A stretch of DNA of 64,000 nt from Bugula neritina (taxonomy: Eukaryota; Animalia; Bryozoa). The notes beneath the pieces were generated by a model. It made no database searches. It had not been told where the DNA came from and saw only the letters and a program-made list of their open reading frames with translations. Position numbers and translations under genes: made by a program. Shown piece after piece: positions 1 to 14,243 of this stretch. The stretch spans positions 19,716,995 to 19,780,994 of the forward strand of contig OZ037765.1 of assembly GCA_964035545.1 (NCBI GenBank), written 5' to 3'. Within the stretch, counting starts at the first letter, position 1, and every line of letters starts with the position of its first letter.

Positions 1-633
1 AAATTAATTTGCAAAATAGATTTGAACATAATGTTTAAAAATCTTGAACATAGAGTTTTCTTAGTGTGTCACGTTTTGAGTTTTTCAAGTAAGTACTAAT
101 AATTCGTAACATTTTTTGAGGAAAAAACCTTAACTTAAAAGAAAAATTAATGTATGAGGTATAACTTTTCTTATAAATATCGATTTGTCTTGACAGTTGC
201 CTGACACTTTTATTCATCTTTTTTTTAATTATAGCTTTTTGTGCATAAAAGTGTAATATTTCACGTGACAATACATTTAGCACAGTGGAAGTGTGCAATC
301 TATAAAAGAATACTCCAAGTTATTAAAAAGATGACAACTTTGAACATTAGAATACGAACACTATTTTTATTTGTTCAACTTCTGTTAAATATATCCTGAA
401 TAAAAATTTGGGCAAAAGTAAAAGGCCTGAAATGTTTTAACTCGATCACCTAATTATTTAAATATACTGGTTATATATTTTACACATTTGTGTCAACTTA
501 AAGCATTTCAGTTAGAGCCTAAAGGGATTGCAAGCGAAAGTTGATCTATTTAGCAACTGTTTAATATAGTGTCCAAAACAGCAAATACTCTATTAATTAA
601 AAAGAATATTTACAGAAACCTGCTTGTTTGTAG

Positions 634-2771
634 GTAACTTTAGCATTAATTGGTATAGCAACAGGACCATCCGTAGCTGCTTTTACTGTTGGAATCTTCT
701 TTCCATTTGTTGATGGTAGATGTGCTGTAATTGGAAACGTCATGGCAACAGGTATGTTGATTGCAGTTTAGATAGTCAGTTTAAGCAGTATAAGGGTTTC
801 TGGCATACATAAAACTGCTTATGCGTGTGTGCGCGTGTGTTAATACCATTGCTATCTATTTTCATAGCCTTTACTACCTGGTTGAGTTTTGGTGGACTAA
901 TCAACAAGCCATATGTGTATTCCTACCCTGTAACTACAGCTGGTTGTAACATCACTGATGAGAATTTACTTGCTAATATATCATCTCCTGTATATGACCC
1001 CAGTACATGGAACCCTCAGTCTCACTACAGGTACAATATCTATATTGTTTTTAGCGTCAACAATGGTATACATTCATATATTTGTATTATATCTGATTAT
1101 ATGTTTAAATTCCATGTTACAAGTTACATATGTAATACATAAAACTAGGATCAACAAGGCACAGTAAAGTAAACTTATTTCTTTTACTTTGACTTATATT
1201 AGTACATACAATGTAAATATTTTATTCACTCTGTCAATATATATGTAGTCTTCAAAAATTATTGTAATGGTGTTTTATACTAATTAGCTACTAACTGCAT
1301 GTTTACTATCAGCTCACCATATTACTAAACTGTGTGCCATTTAAAGTCTAATTTAAAATCTATAACTCAAGAACTTGTTGAGTTATTTTGTATTTTATTA
1401 TAAGCACTGCAGGTTCTCATTACACACCTAGTTTTATTCAACAAATATAACTATGTTAGGTTTAAAATAAAATGTTGAATAAGCTGCTTTATATTATATT
1501 AAAATTTCTTTATCTATAGACTAATTGAATAGTTAGGTGTTCCTTAACTATCCATGGGCTTTCAAAGTGTCATTTAATTGGCTATAATTTACCATACATT
1601 AAAGAATCTCTGTGCAACACACTTCATTTATGCAGTACTAAAATATTCTTATATACCTATGTTAGTTTTCATTTGCATATTGTTTTAAGGTTGGATGCCT
1701 AAACAATTTTGTTTTATAATGAATTTTGTGCCAGTATGTACTGAAATTATTTGGGATTGCTGATTGCCTCGAAATGAAATTTTCCGCTACTATAAAACTT
1801 ATACTAATTATAGCTAACTTTCATTGCATGCTCATTGATATGGTTTGAAAGTTCAAAGTTTAAAGCTTCATTTCCAGGAGATCAGAAATCTCAAATCATT
1901 TCAGTACATACTCACACAAAGTTCATTATAAAACAAAATTTTTTAAGCATCCAACCTTAAAACAGTATGCAAATGAAAAGTAACATATATAAGAATACTT
2001 TAGTACTGTATAAGTGAAGTGTGTCAGGGATTCTTTATGCTATCAATGAGCATATTTTAAATGCATTATGTTATAATCATCATTATTCTAATATGCTTTT
2101 ATAGCACTTTTAACCAACTTACACACAGTAGAATATTGTAGTGCAAAATTGTAGTTAATGATATTGTTTGAATACTACATTTATAATGTTTTAAGTACAT
2201 GAAACCGTAATGATATTCAAAATTATAGGACGCTAATTGCAATTGCATGTATATATAAACATGATGACTTTTACAAAAACATACTTCAAAAAACACACTT
2301 CATTTGACAACCATAATTATTATCAGGCTTGAACTACTCAAAAGTTATTATCACAGTTTCCCAAATGTAATTTTAGAGAAGGAGTGTCAGCTATGTATGA
2401 CATATCTTATGCTTGGCTGACCACAGAAGGATTTCTACTTTCTATCATTATTTCCTTAACCTCAAGTCTGATTTGTAAGTTTACACTATCTTCCAGACAC
2501 TTAAGTTCAATGCTTAAAGCTTCAACTTAAAATTAAGTAAAAAAATTGTTATTTTCTAAATTTATTCTTTTGAATATATATATATATTCTATTGCTTTAT
2601 ATTGTTAATTTCTAACATCTTATGTTTTGTTTTGCAGTGAAAAACCGAAATCTTGTTTCAAAGGATCTTTTAGTTTCTTGTGTTGCCAATAGCTCATGCA
2701 CCCCACAGCTTTTTAAAAAGTATATAGACTATGGAAAAGATGAAGATGATAGAGAAAGCACTAAACTGTAA
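634..2771 (+). CDS. SLC5 sodium:solute symporter (SMCT/SMVT/NIS-like), upstream tandem copy A, last 4 exons only
   Basis: Exons 634-751, 868-1030, 2377-2474 and 2638-2771 are all AG/GT bounded and phase-compatible, with the same lengths as exons 11-14 of copy B. Ends ...DEDDRESTKL*. The 5' part lies outside the window. Confidence 0.9.
1600..2037. mobile_element. Foldback/MITE-like element with ~180-bp imperfect inverted arms
   Basis: TAAAGAATC...GATTCTTTA termini; internal arms are reverse complements (TGTTTTAAGGTTGGATGC / GCATCCAACCTTAAAACA). Absent from the homologous intron of copy B (~13480). Confidence 0.8.
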
Positions 2772-3616
2772 AATATCTAATGTCCATGTTATTGATTATT
2801 ACATACTATTTATGTTGTCTGAATGTCTATATATTTATACTTTATGTATACTAACTTATTTGTCTTTCACCAATTTGCCAACTTTTAAAGGGGTTTGGGA
2901 GCATTGGGGGTAGCTGGTATAGCTGATAATTATCTTAATAATCAAAATTGCAACTGAATAACTTATTGATAGACATTATACTTTCTCTTTATAATGAATT
3001 ATCACTGTGTGATAAAATGTGCTATAGTTTAATTTAGATACAACGAATACATCTCGTCAGACGCATGTGTTGTTGATATACTCAAAATGAAGCCAGTAAT
3101 AATACAGAAAAAAGAAAACATGAAAATACTTAAATGCCATTCAAGTTTGATTTATTTATGTTTTATATACTTTATGAAAAATGCACATCTTCAATACTGT
3201 TATATAATGTCATTTGCCAGCCAACTTTGAAATTAAAGCACATTTATTAATTGATATGTCCTAAATGGTGGGTATTGTGGTTTTATGATAAACTGAAAAA
3301 TAATCATATATAAAAACCTTTCCTGTTTCAACATTCAACATTAATTTATTGTATTTTGCAAATCATGTCTTTAAATCAAATTAGTTTTCTATTTGGCAAG
3401 CTAGGAGTAAGTGAACATAACTTGCAAAGCATTATCAGGAGACTAAGCCCATTCTGATTGGCTAATCTCAACCTCAAACAGCTTATATTGAATAACTTAT
3501 TTCTGTGGATGTCATGTTTCATTTGAAAACTGAAGCTGGAGAGAATAGATTTTGATTTATCATAAATTGATAGAAAAAAGTATTTAGGAGTAATTGTACA
3601 GTTGTAACACACAACC

Positions 3617-6600
3617 ATGTCTATGATGAACACTGGGATATATTTCAAATGGCCAGACTACCTGGTGTTTAGCTTGTCTCTGGTATTATCAGCAGCCATA
3701 GGATTCTACTATGCCTGTACTGGAGGGAAACAGAAAACTACTAAAGAATATCTTCTGGCTGACAGAAACATGCATTGGCTTCCTGTTGCAATCAGTCTGG
3801 CAGTGAGGTGAATGATGAAATTCACTTTGTAGTTGTAACTATGGAGTAATAATTCTAATTTATTTTCGCTCTGTTCAGAATGCGTGCAAATTGTGTTGAA
3901 GAAACATCATGTTGAGAGATGTTTTGCACATCATAAATTAATTTTACTTACTTTAGTTTTCTGGTGTTTAAAAGAGTATTATAAATGAATGAAAACTGTA
4001 AAAGAAAAATTGGATTTATTACTGCAAAACAATGAAATTATTATTGTTGTATTCCATTCCACTAAATGTTATGCAAGATGTAAATCTATTGCCTGTAAGT
4101 TTGTAAATCTATCAGTCAGTTATAAATACCCAAAAGAGTTTTGGTAAAACTTGTTGTCCGTGAATATTGAATCACACGTTTTTATTTTGCAGTTTCACTT
4201 CTTCTGGCATTCTAATTGGTCTTCCAGCTGAGATATACACATTTGGTACAATATACATGTTCACTTTGGTTGGCAGACCAATAGCGGCTGTCTTATCTGC
4301 TAAACTGTTTATCCCAGTGTTTAAACAAATTGGTTCCATCAGCCTGTACCAGGTAATTTCAACTATAATGTATTGTAGAAAATAATAAAAGTTATTCATT
4401 GTGTTTAAGTTCTCTTCAAGTGTCTTTCTATAACTTATAAATCATAATCCATTAAAGTGTAAGTGAACTTATTGACTTTAGAAATATAGAAATTGTTAGT
4501 GTGTATTGTTTTAATATTTTCTACTACAAGCACTACACAACACTACTTATGTATATCATCATAAGCATTAACCTTCTCTTCAATGGCATGACAAATTGTT
4601 TAGTTTAAACATTACACTATTGTATTTTGAAGCTATGTATAATAACTCACAACGTATTTTTTGTTATCTAGTATATTCATAAAAGATTTGGCAGACTCTT
4701 GAGTATTATTCTGCTAGTAGAGGGATTCTTTTTATCGGTGAGTCATTCGAATATTCAAGTTTGTGTTTGCTCACTTTCAATGCAACAAAACTAGTTACTC
4801 ACCTACTCATTGTGTTTTTGATTATAAAAAGCTAATAGGAATTATCATCACAAAGCAAAAGCTGTTAAAATTATGCATGTTCAAATTCTACTGCTGGTGC
4901 TATAACTATGATTTTCTCAAATTAATATCTTGTTTTGTGATTCATACTGCATTTATTTTATGTTCTTCAAAAGTATGTTATAGAATTTTATTAAGACTGT
5001 CATAGTGCACAGAAATAACACAACCACTTTTTAATAACAGATAATTTATAGGAAACTTAGACAACAGTAATTGAATGAATATGCTTTGATTAGGAAGTGG
5101 ATTACTTTTTCAACTGAAAATAATTTTTTTTAAAACATGCATATATCTGCTTCCTAGCATAAATACAAGAATTTGATTTGACTGCTGAAATTATATCATA
5201 GGCATATTGTATATAGTTAGTAGGTTGCTACTCAACTATAGCTAAAATAATGGTATAAAATGATAATTACTGTGCAAAGCATATGTATTACTGGCATTTA
5301 AGAAACACCAACTGTAAGATTCAGAAAAAGCTACTTTCACTTTTGCAGATGCTGTTTGGAGCACTAATAATTTATGGACCAGCATTGGCTATGTCAGGAG
5401 GTGAGCTATAGTGTGGTAAAACAAATGTCTTTGAAAATATATCGAAAACCACGGAGGTATAAATTTTATTAGCTGTGCTGTGCTGTTTAAAGTAAATGAT
5501 CTACAAAATTAGCTGTCTAATTTCTTGTAAGCGATAGCAAAAGATACTTGCTTATTCCTTAGGTACCAGTATCATTTGATGTATTAATTTGATGGTAACA
5601 CTTTTGTATGATGTTTTGCAAATCTCTTATCTTGATATATAAAACTTTAATCACCTTTTCATAATAATGCAGGTATTGAAATATAAGCTATATGTTGCCA
5701 ACATCTATACCCTATCAAAACCCAGTGAAATTTCACCTCTTGTTTCACTTGTTAATAGTGTCTTATAGTGAGTAGGCAGCGCTGAGTACTTACTTACTTT
5801 GTAAGTAGTGTATAGAGCTCAAGCAAACCGTCTCATGATTCAAGAATTAGTAGGAGAGCAGCCGTGGTCTAGAGGTTAGAGGCTTTGGCTTAGTAAACAC
5901 AAAGTCACTGGTTCAGACCCCAGTAAAGGCCGTTGATGATGTTAGGAAGAGCATCAAGTCATAATTGCTCCTGTGCCATATATAAATAAGTCATTAGCCC
6001 GATTTAATAAAAACCCTTTCCATAAAAGGTTTTCTCACAGGGATGGCGACCATAAACTTCCGTGAGTTTTGAGTAGTAATTTTAATATTTTTTAGTAACT
6101 GGCTTAAACCTCTGGGTTGCTGTATGTTCCGTAGGACTAATTGCAATGCTGTACACAGTCTTGGTAAGTAGTATTCTATTATTTTCTAAACATATTGTAT
6201 GATAATTCCAAAGACATTATGTAACCAATTTTAATTTACTCATGGCAATGCTAATATAGTTCTTAAGATTTAACTGGTTGCCAAAAGGTCTATAAGAAAT
6301 ATATCTTCAAGTAAAACTCTCTTGATTTTCAGTTTATGAAAGAATGGTGGATCTACCTATGAGTGGTTGCTTAAAAAGAAGGCTTTCTATAAAAAAACCC
6401 GTTCTTTTCAACTGTATAACTGGTTGGCCTCAGTATATAATGCTGTCACTTTTATTCACCAAAAGCCTTGTTATGAAATTCTGTAGTAAAGCTGATAAAT
6501 ATAAATCTCATGACCTATATTATTGCCCCAGCCAATGATCTGAGAAACTATGTGATAATATAACCACAAATAAGATTTAAATTTAGTATGAAAAGCTATT

Positions 6601-9600
6601 ACAAAACTAATAAAAATGCTATTATAAGTATCAAATAACTTCAATAATAATAAGCATAGACAGAATATAATTTTTAGTGCAATAGTGATAACTAGCTGTC
6701 ATGAACTGTTAAATAGATGCTGTATCAAAGTTATCACAAAAGCATGTGTGTTATCAAAGTTACAATATAGTGAATATTACTTGTATGTGATGGCACAATA
6801 AATATGTATATTAGTTTCAAAATGAGCAATTAAGAGATGCAGCAGAAATTAATGATAGATTTTGTAAATTAAGCACTTTTAGTTACAACTGAAACTTTTA
6901 TGCTTGTGTAAGCTTATATATTATATAAAGTTTCACTTTTAACTGTAATAATGCATGCATCATTACAGTTCAAATTGTTGCTGAAAATATATCGTTTGCC
7001 GATAGGTCATTTTACTTAATTTAGTACCAACTTGATATCTCTAATTTTTTTCTTTGCTATTTCTCACAATGTAGCTGCTATTGTATGGGTTTTTGCCGTA
7101 AACTTATAAAATATTAACAAATACAACTAAATAAGCAAGGATGCTTTTAATTTGGCCTGATTTTCTATGTTTCTTCCTAACCCACTAGTGAATTGGGATT
7201 ATAAGACCATGATAAAAAACCCATCACAGTCCACACATATCTATTTAGCTCAGACGGCAGTTGCATTGCACTTTAATTTTCCAGCACTCCCTTTCAGCCT
7301 TTGTTAGCTATGCATAGTTAGAATTAGCACATGAATTGCCTCATATATATATAATTATATAATATATATGCAGTAAGTTTTCATAAATTTTGAGCAAACT
7401 TTAAGTTTGGTCCTAGCTTGTTGATGTTTACTAAAAAAAGTAAAATGACCTATATAATATTAGCTGGCTAAAAATATAATAGTGAATGGTACCCCTCCAT
7501 GTACCACATTTTATGTTAGTTTAATTTTCTTATTTTTCCATCTTTTTTCACAGGGTGGTCTGAAGGCTGTTCTCTGGACAGACACTCTCCAGTTTCTCAT
7601 CATGATAGTTGGATGTATAGTATTACTTATATTTGGAACAGTTAAAGCTGGTGGAGTCAGTGAAGTTTGGAGAGTAAACAAGCTCAGTGGTAGACTGGAT
7701 ATACTAGAGTAAGTTACTCAATATACTGTAGGTTTGGCAGTGGTCTATACACTAAATATACTTTAAGTAAGTTAGAAGACAATATCTGCAACATGGGGTA
7801 AGGTATAATATAGCTCACTTTTCTCATTTGATTGCTAATACATAATTAAGATAGTTGAATATTAATATATTACTTAATGCACCGCCGACTTGCAAGCTGG
7901 CCGTTAACTATTAGACCACAGGTATACTACTGAATTGTTTCAACACTACACATCAGACATTGGTTTCATTGCTTTTAATTTTCTTGTGTTGTAATTGTAT
8001 TATTCATGTGTTTTCGTTTAAAATTTGTACCTTTTATAACAGATTTTAATGCAAAAGCTAATACTACTTTTAAAAAGATGATTATTTATTATTTTGCTTT
8101 TTTGAAAATGCTCACAGTATTTTATTTTATTATTCAATATTGCTAACATAATAAAACATTAGTATTCAGTATTTTAATTTTTTTGAACTTTGTATTTTAA
8201 GGCCAACTAAATTTTTGAGTTTTGATCCTCGGAGTCGTCACACCTTATGGACTCAAATCTGTAATGCTATATTGATCTACATCAGTGCTTATGGAGCCTC
8301 ACCAGTTGCTATTCAGCGCATTTTGGCATTGAAACCTGGACCGATTAATATCTTTCTGTAAGTATTTTGATATAAAAATATAGTGCTTAGACATAGTAGA
8401 ATAAATTAATATTCTCCTTTACCATTATGCTTAATAAAATTATATATAGATGTTTAATATATATCATATATAATGTGATGATGTTTTGAATTGTAATCAA
8501 AAACAATGTTTAGAAAGTATAAAACAACGTTTTTCGTGATTATATAAAAAAGTTTATGTAAATAAATCCTAAATGATTGACTAATATTTAAAAACACCTG
8601 GCAATGATTTGAGAAAAAACCTGATCTTAACCATTCAAACAATTAAATAAAAAAGTTATTTAATTGCTACTTTTTTGATAATCGTTTTCTCAACATCATA
8701 TAAAAGTTAATTTGACACAATATGTTTAATAAAACAAAAATGATTAAAGCTTTTTTATTATATAATAGTAATAACTTTACATTAGACATATTATTATTCG
8801 ACTAATAAGTATTATGTTTTCAATACTGTAGATGCTTCACCACTGTGCTACTAATAACATTCTCCTTTCAAATAATATGTGCAGCTATTGGTCTCGTAGC
8901 TTTTACATACTACAAAACATGCGATCCAGTTGCCAGTGGAGTTATCTTCTCTAAAGATCAGGTACACTTATTCTTTGAGGATTACTATTATTGTAATAAT
9001 TGTATTCTACACTTAATTTGTCATTCTTATTCAGAAAAGGAGAGGCATGTCAAATGACACTACATGTTTGCTGTGGTAGTAGAATTTGCTTAATGACACA
9101 ATTTCACATATTTATTAGTAATAGCTCCTAAAAACTCATGTGAGTTTACAATATCTATCTCTTTGAGAACCCTTAATAGAAAAAGTTTTTTTTTCAAATT
9201 AAAGGTTATAAAGATGTTTCTAATGAAGCAATTATGACTGAATGATTTTCTTAACATTATCGGTGTTTGGACTCAAACCACTGACCTGGTATTTAATAAG
9301 ACAGCACTCTAATGGTTTATTAACTCAAATTAACTTTTCATGGCTATTAATTTATACGTAAATTAATGGCTACAAATAAAGGAATATACTTAACCCATAC
9401 AAAAGCAATTTTTTTCTGAAACATCAATTTATGTATCTTTGTTACGGACCTTAGAAAAGGTTGAATAGTAGTGGTAACGAGGGCACAATGGGCGACCTTT
9501 GTGTTTTTTGCTCTCATTCGTCTGTTTTTTAAGTTAATAGTTCAATAATCTCTAGTCTAAATGCTGCATCTGTTGTCTATTACAGGTATCAGTTTGTTAT

Positions 9601-12600
9601 TTCTATCTCTCCCACAATTTTCAGAATAATAAAATTTTCGTGACGAAAAAATCGGCTTATTGTGTCCCGGTACCGGGGTACAATGAGCCACTGGTGGGAC
9701 ACAACAAATATATTGAAACTTTGTTGATTTGGTTGCATCTGATCTTAATTTAATTAATATACACAAATAAATAAGAATACTCTTTCAGATCTACAGTAAA
9801 AATCATGTTTTAGCTGTACAGTTTGTACCACCACAGATAACGAGGAGAGGCAAAATCAAACGCACATCACTCATTTCTACGGTACCATTTTCATTACCGT
9901 TTAGAACTAAAAGTGTTTTTTTTTTATTTCCACTTCACAGGAACTTTCATTAGAAAAACTTTTAGTAACATGTACTACAAAATTCCGAGTGAACTTTTTT
10001 CTATGAACTGAAGCTAAGGTGCATGGCTGAGGTTTGTGACTGGAATAAGGAAGGGGAGGGGGGAGGAAATGTGCAAATCAGAATTTATTTTAGTCAAATA
10101 CATGTATAATCCCTCAATGATATAATTTATAATGAATATTATGACTATCAATTAGTAGCAACAGCAGAGTGTTTTGTATAATGTATGAAATGGCAAAGCT
10201 ATAACCTCACCAAATGTATGTAGGCCTATTAGGGGAGCTTCACTTTGTAGTTTGGTAGTCTTACCATGATGCCTTTGATACTTTAAACGTTGAGATAATT
10301 CCATATTAGTCATTTATATTGCATAAATTGAAGTAAAGGGAAAGGATAACCCTTTATGAAATCTTACCAGGGAAGTTGAACTCTATCTTTTTGTACAATT
10401 CACCTGCTTCAGATTACCTTTTTTCAGCATCTATTTAAGATATTTTAAAGGCATAAATAAAGATGTTTAGGTGGTAAAACTGGTTTATAGTTCTTACGCA
10501 TTATTATGGTTGTGTGATATCTATAAAATTAAAAGCATACTACACAAGGTTTCATCAACTGGTATGCTTTAAAATTGTGCAGCTCCTACTTAAATTTCAT
10601 GGAAGCTAGTTGATTCAACTACAGCATTTAACTGCATTGCATTGTGGAAAAGTATACACTATTTTAAAAACTAGTGATTAACTGTTAAATCTACTGCAAA
10701 AAGTTGACAGGGAGTAATTTAGAATCTAGGCAGTCTATAAAATCGACACTTAATTGTCACAATGATATAATTATAGTCAGATAACTTAATGTTTTAGATT
10801 CAGCCGCTGTTTACTATGGAAATATTCCAGAACCTACCAGGTTTATCTGGTCTCCTAATGTCTTCTGTGTTCAGCGCATCTCTTAGGTGAGTTACCATCA
10901 CATTAAACTGGCTGTAAACATGTGGGGACAATCTCTTGGATTTGTCTACACTTTGCACACAATCAAGTTATGTGACTTGGTCCTACAAAAGTAAAACAAC
11001 TAGCTAAAATGTAGTTTATGTACCATTCTCTTCATTTTTTTCTAAACATTTACATTCTAAAATGTTTTTTCAACTTAGTTTCAGTTACATGGAGTAAGAA
11101 ATGGTGGCAATGTTAATAAGCAGTTAGTTGATAGTAAATGTATATTTTCTTTATTCAAAGCCATAATAGTATATTGATCTTTTTAAATGGCTTTATTTCC
11201 TTGTTGAGACTGCATCAGCAAAACTAATACTGGTTGTGCTAAATATCTCATGTAAAATTAATAATCATTGCTAAAAATGAAATACTTCTTTTTAACATTT
11301 CTTTATCAAATAGGTGGTCTAGTATAGCTACCTATTCTTTACAACTATCATATTTAACACTGGTATTAAATACATTTACTGTAACTGTAGCACAATTAGC
11401 TCTGGAATGAATGCAGGAGCTGCCATTATTCTACAAGAGGTTATCAAGCCACTGAAACCTAACATGTCTGACCGAAGAGCCGCAGTCGTTTGTAAACTAC
11501 TTTCCACTCTCACTGGAATTGTCTCAATTTTATTCGTCATTTTCTTGAGGTTTTTTGGAAGTGGACTATTATCGGTAAGGCAACTAAATATATGCATGCA
11601 TTCATTTTCAAATAAGCTTTTTATTGGTAGAACATAATTTAATTAGGGATTTAACCAAAAATTAATTTGCAAAATAGATTCGAACATAAATGTGTAAAAA
11701 TCTTGAACGTAAAGTTTTCTTAAGAGTGTGTCACGCTTTGAGTTTCAAGTAAGTACAAATAATTCATAACATTTTTTTATGAAAAAAACCTTAACTTAAA
11801 AGAAAATGCATGAGGTATCACTTTTCTTATAAACATCGATTTGTCTTGACAGTTGCCTGACACTTTTATTTAAGTTTTTTTAATTATAGCCTCTTGTGCG
11901 TAAAAGTATAATACTTTACATGACAATACCTTTAGCACAGTGGAAGTGCGCAATCTATAATAGAATGCTCCAAGTTATTAAAAAGTTGACAACTTTGAAC
12001 AATAAAATGAGAACACTATTTTTATTTGTTCAGTTTCTGTTAAATGTATCCTGAATAAAAATTTGGGCAAAAGTAAAACACCTGAAATGTTTTAACTTGA
12101 TCACCTAAATTTTTAAATATACCGGTTATATATTTTACACATTTGTGTCAACTTAGAGCATTTCAGTTAGAGCCTAAAGGGATTGCAAGCGCAAGCTGAT
12201 CTATTTAGCAACTGTTTAATATAGTGTCCAAAACAGCAAATGCTATATATTAATTTTAAAAGAATATTTACAGAAATCTTATCTGCTTGTTTGTAGGTAA
12301 CTTTAGCACTAGTTGGTATAGCAACAGGACCATCTGTAGCTGCTTTTACTGTTGGAATCTTCTTTCCATTTGTTGATGGTAGATGTGCTGTTATTGGAAA
12401 CGTCATGGCAACAGGTATGTTGACTGCAGTTTAGATAGTCAGTTCAAGCAGTATAAGGGTTTCTGGCATACATAAAACTGCTTATGCGTGTGTGCGTGTG
12501 TGTGTGTGTGTGTGTGTTAATACCATTGTTATTTTTCATAGCCTTTGCTACCTGGTTGAGTTTTGGTGGACTAATCAACAAGCCATACGTGTATTCCTAC

Positions 12601-14243
12601 CCTGTAACTACAGCTGGTTGTAATATCACAGATGAGAATTTACTTGCTAATATATCATCTCCTGTATATGACCCCAGTACATGGAACCCTCAGTCTCACT
12701 ACAGGTACAATATCTATATTGTTTTTAGCTTCAACAATGGTATGCATTCATACATTATATTTGTATTATATCTGATTATATGTTTAAATTTCATGTTACA
12801 TGTTACATATGGAATATATAAAACTAGGATCAACAAAGCACAGTAATATGGACTTATTTCTTTTACTTTGACTTATATGAATATCTAAAGCAGTAAATAT
12901 TTTATTCACTCTGTCAATATATATATATATATATGTAGTCTTTAGAAATTATTGTAATGGTTTTGTATACTAATTAGTTACTAACTGCATGTTTACTATC
13001 AACTCACCATAATACTAAACTGTGTGCCATTCAAGTCTAATTTAAAATCTACATGTATAACTTAAGAACTTACTGAATTATTTTGCATTTAATTATAAGC
13101 ACTGCAAATTTTTATTCCTCCTCTAGTTTTATTGTAAAATTATAATTTTGTTGGACTTAAGATAACATATTGGATCAGTTGTTTTGCATTGTACTGAAAT
13201 TTCACTGTCTATAGACTATTGGCATAGTTATAGGTGCTACTTTGAAAAGCAGCTATAGGGTCTTATAGGGGTTAGAGAACTGGCTTAATAAACCGGAAGT
13301 TACAGATTTGATCCCAGTAAAGGTCATTGGTGATGTTAGAAACAGCATCTAGTCACAGTTTGCTCCTATATGTTACATATGAATTAAACCCTTAGCTCGC
13401 TTAAAAACTTTCCACTATCAAATTTCGTGATGTTTATAACTATTTAAGCTTTTAAAGTCTCATTTAATTGGCTATAATTTAGTAAGTATTAAGGTATAAC
13501 TAAGCATATTTTAGATGCAGTTGGGTATAGTCATTTTTTCTAATCTGCTGTTGTAACACTTTCAAGCCTGCTTACACACATCGTACACCTTAGAGTATTG
13601 TAGTTCAAAATTGTAGTTATAGTGAGTGGTATTTTTTAAATATGTATGTAGTAGGTTACATGACATCATACTTATATTTATTAAAAAAGGACACTGATTA
13701 CAATCATATGCACATGATAACTAATTAATATAATTTTACAAAACCTTTTCAATAAAACATACAGCATAAATGCCAGTCACAGTTATTACCAGCTTTGAAC
13801 TACCCAAAAGTTGTTATCACAGTTTCACAAATGTAATTTTAGAGAAGGGGTGTCTGCTATGTATGACATATCTTATGCTTGGCTGACCACAGAAGGATTT
13901 CTACTTTCTATCATTATTTCCTTAACTTCAAGTCTGATTTGTAAGTTCATACTAGCTTCCAGACACTTGATTAATGCTTAGAGCTTCAACTTAAAATTAA
14001 GTAGAAAATTGTTATCTTTTAAATTCATTCTCTTGAATATATATATATATTCTATTGCTTATATTGTTTATTTCTAATAAATTATAATACGTTATGTTTT
14101 GTTTTGCAGTGAAGAACCGAAATCTTGTTTCAAAGGATCTTTTGGCTTCTTGTGTTGCCAATAGCTCATGCACCCCACAGCTTTTTAAAAAGTATATCGA
14201 CTATGGAAAAGATGAAGATGATAGAGATAGCACTAAACTGTAA
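3617..14243 (+). CDS. SLC5 sodium:solute symporter (SLC5A5/6/8/12 group), complete copy B, 14 coding exons, 587 aa
   Basis: Exons 3617-3807, 4193-4352, 4672-4737, 5349-5400, 6096-6163, 7554-7708, 8202-8357, 8832-8961, 10798-10886, 11391-11574, 12297-12414, 12542-12704, 13843-13940, 14110-14243 sum to 1764 nt in one open frame. Family motifs: DYLVF..LVLSAAIGFYYA, EYLLADRNMHWLPVAISL, GGLKAVLWTD, CDP..SG....DQ, PGLSGL..SSVFSASLSTISSGMNA, and C-terminal PDZ-ligand-like STKL*. Confidence 0.93.
5854..6070 (+). mobile_element. tRNA-derived SINE
   Basis: GAGCAGCCGTGGTCTAG (A box), GGTTCAGACCC (B-box-like), shared body GATGTTAGGAAGAGCATC..GTCATAATTGCTCC and tail GTGAGTTTT. Same family as 17591 and 45287. 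Confidence 0.85.
9130..9312 (-). mobile_element. Degenerate SINE copy, same family
   Basis: Reverse complement of the SINE tail (AAAACTCATGTGAGTTTA) and body (GCAATTATGACTGAATG..TTCTTAACAT). Confidence 0.6.
13247..13410 (+). mobile_element. Degenerate, 3'-eroded SINE copy
   Basis: GGGGTTAGAG...GATCCCAGTAAAGGTCATTGGTGATGTTAGAAACAGCATCTAGTCA. Absent from the homologous intron of SLC5 copy A. Confidence 0.7.

Noticed and set aside
2731-2913. MEKMKMIE ORFs (also 30686 and 39330)
   Set aside because: Wrong-frame reading of SLC5 exon 14 and its 3' UTR.
9460-9840. Possible DNA transposon remnant (GGGCACAATGGGC / GGGTACAATGAGCC motifs)
   Set aside because: Termini and TSD could not be defined.
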